Below are positions 55,285-63,072 of a stretch of 64,000 nt of DNA, piece by piece. Location: assembly GCA_049975425.1 (NCBI GenBank), contig JBNGDI010000003.1:14162-78161 (forward strand), written 5' to 3'. The stretch's first letter is position 1. Each line of letters starts with the position of its first letter. Origin of the DNA: Bacteroidales bacterium (GTDB taxonomy: Bacteria; Bacteroidota; Bacteroidia; Bacteroidales; VadinHA17). Below the pieces are notes generated by a model. The model saw only the letters and a program-made list of their open reading frames with translations, made no database searches and was not told the DNA's origin. Position numbers and translations under genes: made by a program.

Positions 55285-56276
55285 TTTTTTACTACCAGAA
55301 AATCGCGGGCCAGTTGCAGGCCACGGATCTGCCATTCCACATATTGTTTGAGCTCCTCATAACTTCCCCGGGCATGTTTCAGAAACTCACCGGCCTGCCC
55401 GTAAACAGCCGGCAGGCGGATGCTGCTGATCAGGGCATAACCGTCAAGGTAGCTTTTGATTCCGCCCGAAATGATTACCTGCCGGCAGGCCGGATTGGGG
55501 TCCTCATCGAGCAGCCGGTTCACCAGTTCTACCATCTCCACGGCATCATGCCCCACGGTGGCCAGGGGACCGTATAGTTCTTCCTCCCGCCCACCCGTAC
55601 GCATCAGTTCGAGCCTGGCAAAATTGGTCCCGCCGAAAGCTCCGAATTCAATCGCTTCCAGTGGCAGGCGGAACAAGTTCCTCATGCTTTCCGGACCCAT
55701 TCCCTGACCCACCTCTTTTACGATTACAGGACATCCCAGCATTTCCACAACACCTGCAATTACCTCGATGGGGGGGACCGTTAGCCGGTCGCCTTCGGGC
55801 TGCAGGCTTTCCTGCATGGGGTTTACATGGATGATCAGGCCGTCGGCCTGTAGCTTTTCCACCAGCTTTTTCACCCGGCTGAAATCTTTTTGAAGATAGA
55901 ATTTTTCCATTTGGGCAATACCCAGGTTGGCATACAGGGGAGATGCATCACCCATCACCCTGCGCACATCGAAATCGGGAAATGCTCGATCATCATCCAG
56001 CAATACCCGGCAGGAACCGAGACCCATTCCCATGCCAAACTCGCCGCAGGCCCTGGCCAGATTATGATTGATGGTATGTGCCATCCGGGTTCCCCCCGTC
56101 ATGCTCGATACCCAGATAGGTACCCGGAATGTCTTTCCCAGAAAAGTAAAGGGGGTCCAGGGTCCGGTGGAATGGGCTTTCAACAGAGGTTCATACCAGA
56201 AACGATCGTCGCGTTCCTGTTTTTCCACCCGGGAACGGAAGGCAAGTTCGATATGGTCTTTTTTCCTTTCTTCCAT
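55281..56276 (-). CDS. fni: Type 2 (FMN-dependent) isopentenyl-diphosphate delta-isomerase
   Basis: 331 aa with RKKDHIELA, IWVSSMTGG, PVIVKEVGQGM and IISGGI, typical of IDI-2. Confidence 0.85.
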   Translation of the reverse strand: MEERKKDHIELAFRSRVEKQERDDRFWYEPLLKAHSTGPWTPFTFLGKTFRVPIWVSSMTGGTRMAHTINHNLARACGEFGMGMGLGSCRVLLDDDRAFPDFDVRRVMGDASPLYANLGIAQMEKFYLQKDFSRVKKLVEKLQADGLIIHVNPMQESLQPEGDRLTVPPIEVIAGVVEMLGCPVIVKEVGQGMGPESMRNLFRLPLEAIEFGAFGGTNFARLELMRTGGREEELYGPLATVGHDAVEMVELVNRLLDEDPNPACRQVIISGGIKSYLDGYALISSIRLPAVYGQAGEFLKHARGSYEELKQYVEWQIRGLQLARDFLVVKK

Positions 56277-56288
56277 GTCAGAAATACT

Positions 56289-57434
56289 TTAGCATCCTAT
56301 TTTCCGGGAAATGACCAGTTGAAGGATCTCGCTGGTCCCTTCCCCGATCTCCAGCAACCGCTGGTCACGGTAAAACCGCTCGACGGCGTAATCCTTCATC
56401 AGGCCGTATCCCCCGTGTATCTGAACGGCTTCATCCACCACTTCCCCGGCAATACGGGAACAATACAGCTTCGACATGGCCGCCTCGCCGGTATAATCCA
56501 TACCCTGGTCTTTCATCCAGCAGGCCGTATACAGAGTGTTTCGTGCGTGTTCGATCTTTGTGGCCATATCGGCCAGTTTGAAAGCAATGGCCTGGAATTT
56601 CACAATAGGCTGCCCGAACTGCTTTCTTTCCCTGGCATACTGCAGGGCCATTTCATAGGCTCCACGTGCCAGACCCAGTCCCATAGCCGCAATGGACAAC
56701 CTGCCCCCGTCGAGGGTACTGAGCATAATCCGGGATCCCTGGCCTCTTTCTCCCAGGGTTTGTGAAACAGGTACCCGGCATTCCTCTAAAAACAGCTCGG
56801 CCGTATCCGACCCCCTCCACATCATTTTCCGGTGCATGGTAAGGCGCGTAAATCCGGGGGTGTTCTTCTCCACCAGGATGGTAGTAAATTCCTTTTTCCC
56901 GCCGTTTTCACCAGTCACTGCCTGCACGGTGGCCCCGGCCGAGATCTCCGCCGATCCGTTTGTGATAAATATTTTCGAACCGTTGATTACCCATTCCCCG
57001 TTTTCCAGGCGGGCGGTGGTACGGGTGCCCCGGCTGTCGGAACCGGCATTGGGTTCCGTGAGCCCGAAGGCCCACAAGTGTTCACCGGAGCAGAGCCCTG
57101 GCAGGTATTTCTTTTTTTGCTCTTCCGAACCATAGTTAAAAAGGGGGGCCACTCCCAGGGAATTATGTGCTGCCAGGGTGGCAGCCTGTGACCCGTCGAC
57201 ACGGGCAATTTCTTCCACGGCAATGATATAGGAAAGAGTGTCGAGCGAATGTCCCCCGTATTCGGGGGGAAGGGTCATTCCGAACAGACCGAGCTCTCCC
57301 ATTTTCCGTGTAAGTTCGGGAGAAAACCGTTCCTCTTCATCCAGCCGGGGTGCCAGGGGTTTGATCTCGCGTTCGGCAAAATCACGCACCGTTTTACGGA
57401 TTGTTTCATGGTCTTCTGTAAGCAAGGGATTCAT
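56289..57434 (-). CDS. Acyl-CoA dehydrogenase (short/branched-chain type; isovaleryl-CoA dehydrogenase role inferred from context)
   Basis: 381 aa with ACAD signatures FGLTEPNAGSD, WVINGSKIFITNG, FGQPIVKFQAI and the C-terminal IGEGTSEILQLVISR. It lies 84 nt downstream of the biotin carboxylase gene and 12 nt upstream of fni. Confidence 0.8.
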   Translation of the reverse strand: MNPLLTEDHETIRKTVRDFAEREIKPLAPRLDEEERFSPELTRKMGELGLFGMTLPPEYGGHSLDTLSYIIAVEEIARVDGSQAATLAAHNSLGVAPLFNYGSEEQKKKYLPGLCSGEHLWAFGLTEPNAGSDSRGTRTTARLENGEWVINGSKIFITNGSAEISAGATVQAVTGENGGKKEFTTILVEKNTPGFTRLTMHRKMMWRGSDTAELFLEECRVPVSQTLGERGQGSRIMLSTLDGGRLSIAAMGLGLARGAYEMALQYARERKQFGQPIVKFQAIAFKLADMATKIEHARNTLYTACWMKDQGMDYTGEAAMSKLYCSRIAGEVVDEAVQIHGGYGLMKDYAVERFYRDQRLLEIGEGTSEILQLVISRKIGC

Positions 57435-57518
57435 AGACTAAAATTATATGATGGCAGTAACAAATATCCGATCACTTTGTTGAAGAATAAACCTTCCTGT
57501 CTTCCACAATATACTTTT

Positions 57519-59519
57519 TCATCCTTCCGCAAACCGGATCAATACCCTGTTTCCTTCCACCTGGTCGCCTTCGCTCACAAGGATCTCCTCCACCACTGCA
57601 TCGCCGGGTGCCAGCAGGCTGTTTTCCATTTTCATGGCTTCCATAACAAGCAGGATATGCCCCTTTTTGACAGATTCTCCCTCCCTGACACCGATCCTGA
57701 CCACTTTCCCGTTCATGGGAGCACGCACGGTTTTACCGTTCATTTCAGGTTCTACCGTAAGTCGTTCCACTGGTTCTTCATGCAGGAAATCCAGCCGGCG
57801 GATCTCAAAATCAAAACCCTGAAACGTCACAAAAGCCCTTCTGCTGGTATCTTCCGATATCCAGACCCTGTGCACACACCCATCGACCTCAAGGCTTACC
57901 TGGTAATCATGAACGGATTCCAGCCGCACCGCATGATGCATTTCATCGAATGTCATATCATAACGATCCCCCCGCAGGTTCCGGATACCGACTTCCGCTT
58001 TCTTTCCGTCAATTTCCACCGGAATTTTTATTATGTGCCTCCAGTAGCCAATCCTTTCCCAGATACCGGAATCCGAACCGGCAGAAGGCATATTTTTTCT
58101 GAGGCTGTACATGATACAGGCAAAAACCGGGATATGGAGCAAACAGCCCTTTTTCTTCCGGCGGACCGTGTCGATGATTTCCTCCCGGTACATGTCAAGG
58201 AAACGTGTGGATATGTTGTTTTTCAGAAAGGCAGGATGTTTTATCAGGCCGGACAGAAATGACATGTTATTCCGCACATTATGTATCACATATTTTTCGA
58301 GGGCAATCTCCAGACCCGCAAGGGCCTGTTCCCTGTCTGATCCGTGAACGATCAGTTTGGCGATAAGGGGATCGTAGTAACTATTGATTTCTGTTTTTCC
58401 GTTCATTCCCGTATCAATACGGATCCCATCTCCGGAAGGCTCGTGGTAAAAAGTCATTTTCCCAGGTGAGGGCAGAAAACCCTTCTCAGGATCTTCGGCA
58501 TAGATCCGTACTTCCACGGCATGTCCGTTAATTCTGACATCCTCCTGCCTGAAGCTCAGTATATGACCTTCACTTACCCGTATCTGCTCCTTCACCAGAT
58601 CGACGCCGGTAATCATTTCCGTAACCGGATGCTCCACCTGGATCCGGGTGTTCATTTCCAGGAAATAGAAGTTCCGGCTCTCATCCACCAGAAATTCAAT
58701 GGTACCGGCATTATCATATCCGGCGGCAACCCCTAAACGGATGGCCGCCTCTGCCATTTTTTCCCGCAGGCCGGGAGTCATAAACTGAGAAGGAGCTTCT
58801 TCCAGTACCTTCTGGTACCTTCGCTGAATGGTACACTCCCTTTCATACAGGTGCACCACATGTCCATGCCGGTCGCCCATGATCTGGAACTCGATATGCC
58901 GGGGGTTTTCCATGTATTTTTCAATATACACAGCCGGATTGCCGAAATAATTCATGGCTTCGCGAGCCACAGCTTCCAGGGCATCCGGCAGCTCCGATTT
59001 TTTCCGTACGATCCGCATGCCTTTCCCTCCTCCACCTGCAACCGGTTTCACCAGCAGCGGCAAGCTCATTTTCCGGGCTTCCTTCAGCAACGATCCCTGA
59101 TCTTCACCGGCAAACCCTTCGATTACCGGCACACCCGAACGGGCAGCAAAGCCACGAGCCTTTACCTTGTCGCCCATCAGGGCTATCACTCGGCTATCCG
59201 GACCGATAAACCGGATGCCGGCTTCCTCACAGGCTAAAGCAAATTCCTGATTTTCAGAAAGAAAACCATAGCCGGGATGTATGGCGTCACACTCTGAACA
59301 ACGGGCAATGCGAATGATCTTCTCCGTATTCAGATACGTATCATTTAGTTCTTTATCGCCCAGAAAACACGATTCATCAGCCATCGTTACGTGGAGGGAA
59401 TGTCGGTCGGTTTCCGCGAAAACAGCTACGGTTCGAATACCCAATCCGGCAGCAGCACGAATGATCCTGACGGCAATCTCACCGCGGTTGGCTACCAGTA
59501 TTTTCCGAAAATGGTCCAT
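57519..59519 (-). CDS. Biotin carboxylase + BCCP subunit of an acyl-CoA carboxylase (methylcrotonyl-CoA carboxylase alpha-like)
   Basis: 666 aa with KILVANRGEIAVRIIRA, GGGGKGMRIV, EMNTRIQVEHPVTE and the C-terminal biotinyl motif LLVMEAMKMEN. Confidence 0.85.
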   Translation of the reverse strand: MDHFRKILVANRGEIAVRIIRAAAGLGIRTVAVFAETDRHSLHVTMADESCFLGDKELNDTYLNTEKIIRIARCSECDAIHPGYGFLSENQEFALACEEAGIRFIGPDSRVIALMGDKVKARGFAARSGVPVIEGFAGEDQGSLLKEARKMSLPLLVKPVAGGGGKGMRIVRKKSELPDALEAVAREAMNYFGNPAVYIEKYMENPRHIEFQIMGDRHGHVVHLYERECTIQRRYQKVLEEAPSQFMTPGLREKMAEAAIRLGVAAGYDNAGTIEFLVDESRNFYFLEMNTRIQVEHPVTEMITGVDLVKEQIRVSEGHILSFRQEDVRINGHAVEVRIYAEDPEKGFLPSPGKMTFYHEPSGDGIRIDTGMNGKTEINSYYDPLIAKLIVHGSDREQALAGLEIALEKYVIHNVRNNMSFLSGLIKHPAFLKNNISTRFLDMYREEIIDTVRRKKKGCLLHIPVFACIMYSLRKNMPSAGSDSGIWERIGYWRHIIKIPVEIDGKKAEVGIRNLRGDRYDMTFDEMHHAVRLESVHDYQVSLEVDGCVHRVWISEDTSRRAFVTFQGFDFEIRRLDFLHEEPVERLTVEPEMNGKTVRAPMNGKVVRIGVREGESVKKGHILLVMEAMKMENSLLAPGDAVVEEILVSEGDQVEGNRVLIRFAEG

Positions 59520-59528
59520 AGGTACAGA

Positions 59529-60326
59529 TTATTCCTGGTTTATCCAGGAAGGATCCCTTTTTTCAAGAAAAGCTCTCATCCCTTCCTGCCCTTCCGCCGA
59601 AATCCTGACCGATGCGATCATCCGGGCTGTTTCCGCCAGGGCATCCTTCAGCGACCACTGGTTCGTCACTCCGTTTATCAGGAGCTTGCAACGGGTCAGG
59701 GCCTGCGGACCAGCCGCAAGCAGCAGGGCAATCATCTCCTCAAGGTGTTCTTCCAGTTCCGCTTCAGGAAGAGAACGATTCACCAGCCGGTAATGTTCAG
59801 CTTCCTTTCCGGTGAATCTTCTTCCGGTAAGCATCAGTTCCCTGGCTGTATATTCGCCCGTACGCCGTATCACAAAGGGGGAGATCACGGCAGGGACCAG
59901 TCCCAGTTTCACCTCACTGAGAGAAAACACCGCTTCATCGCAGGCATAGGCCATGTCACAGGCTGCGACCAGACCGTTGGCTCCGCCGATGGAAGCCCCG
60001 TACACCACGGCAATCGAAGGTTTAGGGCAGGAATAAAGGGTATGGAAACATTCCGCTAACCGCAGGCTTTCGCGGTAATTCTGCTCCCACGAATATCCGG
60101 CCACGTTACGCATCCAGTTCACATCGGCGCCGGCACAGAATGCTTTTCCTTCACCCCGCAGCAGGATTACCCGCACCGCCGGGTCGGCAGTCAGGTCTCT
60201 GATGCCCTGCATGATTTCCGTTATCATGCCTTCATGGAAAGCATTCCTTACCTGCGGCCGGTTAAGCCACAGTGTTCCTGTACGGTTTCCCGTTTCCGTA
60301 AAGATAAATTGATAAGTCCCTTTCAT
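59529..60326 (-). CDS. Enoyl-CoA hydratase/crotonase (methylglutaconyl-CoA hydratase position)
   Basis: 265 aa with LNRPQVRNAF..VILLRGEGKAFCAGADV..ASIGGANGLVAACD, a crotonase fold. It sits between the two carboxylase subunits, as liuC does in liu clusters. Confidence 0.8.
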   Translation of the reverse strand: MKGTYQFIFTETGNRTGTLWLNRPQVRNAFHEGMITEIMQGIRDLTADPAVRVILLRGEGKAFCAGADVNWMRNVAGYSWEQNYRESLRLAECFHTLYSCPKPSIAVVYGASIGGANGLVAACDMAYACDEAVFSLSEVKLGLVPAVISPFVIRRTGEYTARELMLTGRRFTGKEAEHYRLVNRSLPEAELEEHLEEMIALLLAAGPQALTRCKLLINGVTNQWSLKDALAETARMIASVRISAEGQEGMRAFLEKRDPSWINQE

Positions 60327-60343
60327 CAGGCAACAGGTTGATA

Positions 60344-61960
60344 TTACATTCTGTAAACCCCTGTACGGGGCTCGTCGATCAGCCGGTTAAGCGACATGGA
60401 AATTCCCAGTGACAGAGCCACACGGGTATTCACCGGATCAAGGATACCGTCGTCCCATAGCCTGGAAGTGGAATAATAGGCCGAGCTCTCCGTTTGATAC
60501 TTCAACAGCAATTCGTTTTTCATCCGCTTTTCTTCCTCCTGTTCCATGGTCTTTCCTGCTGCCGCCAGCTGGTCTTTCTTCACAAGGGTCAGCACCCCGG
60601 CAGCCTGCCCGCCTCCCATTACCGATATGCGGGCATTGGGCCACATGAACAGTAACCTTGGATCAAAAGCCCGGCCGGCCATGGCATAATTCCCCGCCCC
60701 GAAAGAACCTCCGAAAATTACCGTGAATTTGGGTACGGAAACGGTGGCCACGGCATGCACCATCTTCGATCCGTCGCGGGCAATACCCTGGTGTTCATAT
60801 TGTTTTCCCACCATAAAGCCGGTAATATTCTGAAGAAATACAAGGGGTATTTTGCGGAAATTGCATAATTCAATGAAGTGGGCCCCTTTCAGGGCTGTTT
60901 CGGAAAACAGCACCCCGTTACTGGCGACAATACCCACCGGGAACCCCATAATCCGGGCAAAACCGGTAACCAGGGTAGTGGCGTACCTGGCCTTGAACTC
61001 ATGAAACCGGCTGCCATCCACCAGGCGCATGATGATCTCTTTCGCATCCACCGGCATGTGCAGATCAACGGGAGCAATCCCGTACAATTCCCCGGGGTCG
61101 TATGCCGGTTCTTCGGCAGGCTGCACATCCAGCACCTGCCGCCGGCTCACCGGCAGGGTTGAAAAAATATCACGGCATATACCGATGGCGTGTTTGTCGT
61201 TTTCGGCATAATGATCTGAAACTCCCGAAATGCGTGTATGTACATCGGCTCCCCCCAGCTCTTCGGCAGTCACTTCCTCGCCCGTTGCAGCTTTCACCAG
61301 CGGTGGTCCGCCGATAAAAATAGTTCCCTGCCTGCCCACAATAATGGTTTCATCGCTCATGGCCGGCACATAGGCCCCTCCCGCGGTACATGATCCCATC
61401 ACCACGGAAATCTGGGGAATACCCATGGCAGAAAGCCTGGCCTGATTGTAAAAGATCCGGCCGAAATCGAACCGGTCGGGGAACACCCTGGCCTGCTCCG
61501 GAAGAAAAACCCCTCCCGAATCGACCAGATAAACACAGGGAAGGTGGTTCTCCAGGGCAATTTCCTGTGCCCGCAAATGCTTTTTAATGGTTTCCGCCAC
61601 ATAGGTCCCCCCTTTCACCGTGGCATCGTTGGCCACCACCACCGCTTCCCGGCCATGAATCACACCAATGCCCGTAACCAGTCCGGCCGATGGAAACTGA
61701 TCGCGGTACTGCCCCAGGGCCGCCAGGGGGGAAAGTTCTAAAAAGGGAGTATTTGCATCAAGAAGAAGATCAATCCGTTCCCGGGCCAGGAACTTGCCCC
61801 GGGCATGATGTTTTTTCACCGCTTCGGGATGTCCGCCACGGGTATTCTTCTTCAGGACATCCCTGAATTCATCCAGGAGTTTCTGGTAATTCCGTTTTCT
61901 TTCCAGAAATTCTCCCGACCTGACGTCGATTGAAGACACCAATCTTTGCAAAGGAATCAA
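60344..61960 (-). CDS. Carboxyltransferase subunit of acyl-CoA carboxylase (methylcrotonyl-CoA carboxylase beta-like)
   Basis: 538 aa with an N-terminus ..[24 protein letters not shown] as in MCC-beta/PCC-beta proteins, plus [25 protein letters not shown] and [12 protein letters not shown]. No ATG start is available; the candidates are TTG 61960 and GTG 61939. Confidence 0.8.
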   Translation of the reverse strand: MIPLQRLVSSIDVRSGEFLERKRNYQKLLDEFRDVLKKNTRGGHPEAVKKHHARGKFLARERIDLLLDANTPFLELSPLAALGQYRDQFPSAGLVTGIGVIHGREAVVVANDATVKGGTYVAETIKKHLRAQEIALENHLPCVYLVDSGGVFLPEQARVFPDRFDFGRIFYNQARLSAMGIPQISVVMGSCTAGGAYVPAMSDETIIVGRQGTIFIGGPPLVKAATGEEVTAEELGGADVHTRISGVSDHYAENDKHAIGICRDIFSTLPVSRRQVLDVQPAEEPAYDPGELYGIAPVDLHMPVDAKEIIMRLVDGSRFHEFKARYATTLVTGFARIMGFPVGIVASNGVLFSETALKGAHFIELCNFRKIPLVFLQNITGFMVGKQYEHQGIARDGSKMVHAVATVSVPKFTVIFGGSFGAGNYAMAGRAFDPRLLFMWPNARISVMGGGQAAGVLTLVKKDQLAAAGKTMEQEEEKRMKNELLLKYQTESSAYYSTSRLWDDGILDPVNTRVALSLGISMSLNRLIDEPRTGVYRM

Positions 61961-61982
61961 GTTTTATGTTTAATCAATATAC

Positions 61983-62013
61983 AAAAAAAAACCGTGATTT
62001 CTTATCACCGGTT
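61983..62013 (-). terminator. Intrinsic-terminator-like hairpin + U9 tract 23 nt upstream of the carboxyltransferase start (leader terminator or sRNA terminator)
   Basis: The minus strand reads AACCGGTGAT-AAGAA-ATCACGGTT followed by TTTTTTTTGT. This is a 9-bp stem with one bulged G, then a run of T. Confidence 0.5.
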
Positions 62014-62121
62014 TTCTAAACAGAGAAATATCGCGATTGGTTCACCCACTCCAGAGCCGATTTCCATGCTCTGGAACATATATGGCTGCCCGGGGAAAAG
62101 CTATCTTCTGCTCTTCCCCGC

Positions 62122-62155
62122 AAAAAAAAACAAATCGAAGGAAGTATACCCTTCG
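62122..62155 (-). terminator. Rho-independent terminator of the 62206..62799 gene
   Basis: The minus strand reads TCGAAGG-gtatactt-CCTTCGA followed by TTTGTTTTTTTTT, about 50 nt after the stop codon. Confidence 0.7.
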
Positions 62156-62205
62156 AACGGGAAAATTCCTGTATAGAGTCTGAAGAATTAAGGAAGGTGC
62201 TGCTC

Positions 62206-62799
62206 TTATTTCCTCCAGTTTTTCAGCTCGCCGTTTTCGAAATACAGGGCCACATTGCGGTATGACCATACCTCAACGGTTTTATCCAGCTCGTGATAGC
62301 GGTCAACGTTCAGAGGCTTACCCCAGCTGTCGTATACCATACTTCTGTTCATGCCCCGCCATATAGCCCCCCGGGCAATTTTCTCACCCATTTCGCGTCC
62401 ATAGCGTTTCACCAGGATCTCTTCTCTGGTGCTGTCGACAGAAACCTCCTGATGCGACATTTCTTCAGGATGTTCCCTGGCCCAGGCTTCCTTCACCTTT
62501 TTTTCGGTTTCTTCCGTAAAACGGGTTTGGTCAATCCGGATATATCCACTGACTCCCTTATATTCCGCCAGATAATAATCTTCGAATTCCGAATATATCC
62601 TCACCTTTTCACCGGCCGGAATGATCATCAACACGGAGCTCAGATTTTCCATATCCTCGAAAAGCCTCGTCCCCGAAAGGGTGACCACATAATATGCATC
62701 TTCATCGCCTGTGCTACTGGTATCGGGGGTTTCCTGTGCGGAAACCGTAAACCAGCAGCCTGTTATGATTCCTGTCAGTAATACCAGTATGTTTTTCAT
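62206..62799 (-). CDS. Secreted protein with SH3-like N-terminal and small C-terminal beta domain (unknown function)
   Basis: ORF 62206..62823, with the start moved to MKNILVLLTGIITGCWFTVSAQ (signal peptide). YYVVTLSGTRLFED..GEKVRIYSEFEDYYLAEYKGVSGYI resembles bacterial SH3 domains. The C-terminus GMNRSMVYDSWGKPLNVDRY..VEVWSYRNVALYFENGELKNW resembles SmpA/BamE-like folds. Confidence 0.5.
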   Translation of the reverse strand: MKNILVLLTGIITGCWFTVSAQETPDTSSTGDEDAYYVVTLSGTRLFEDMENLSSVLMIIPAGEKVRIYSEFEDYYLAEYKGVSGYIRIDQTRFTEETEKKVKEAWAREHPEEMSHQEVSVDSTREEILVKRYGREMGEKIARGAIWRGMNRSMVYDSWGKPLNVDRYHELDKTVEVWSYRNVALYFENGELKNWRK

Positions 62800-62942
62800 G
62801 ATCGGATGAACCAGGTGTACCACAGATACCTATCAAAAACCATACCATACCTGATTACACTATTAGTCTGAATATCATATTTTTAACAGGGTTATGCAAC
62901 CCTGTCGCGCTGCCTGAAATTGGGAAAAACCCGGAATTTTAA

Positions 62943-62950
62943 TATCTTTG
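62943..62950 (+). promoter_or_regulatory. TAnnTTTG promoter-like motif upstream of the KamA-family gene
   Basis: TATCTTTG lies 123 nt upstream of the ATG at 63073. The evidence is weak. Confidence 0.25.
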
Positions 62951-63072
62951 CATATCAATGATCTTTCCGGAAGGATGCACCGGTTCAGCTTGAGTCCCTT
63001 CCGAACCAACTGGCCCTGAACCTTTCCAGGCATCTTCCAGAATATTATTAATGAAAATCAGGGAATCTTTCT

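Noticed and set aside
53947-55335. Long form of HMG-CoA reductase starting at 55335 (MADPWPATGPRFSGSKK...)
   Set aside because: The extension would overlap the fni coding end by 55 nt. The ATG at 55284 forms an ATGA coupling with the fni stop and still precedes all conserved HMGR sequence. The long start remains formally possible.
57249-58262. 337-aa plus-strand ORF spanning the acyl-CoA dehydrogenase / biotin carboxylase junction
   Set aside because: It is antisense to two well-supported genes and crosses their intergenic gap, with no family resemblance. The same applies to 55890..56765, 59391..60059, 53243..53956, 49160..49909 and 49999..50763.
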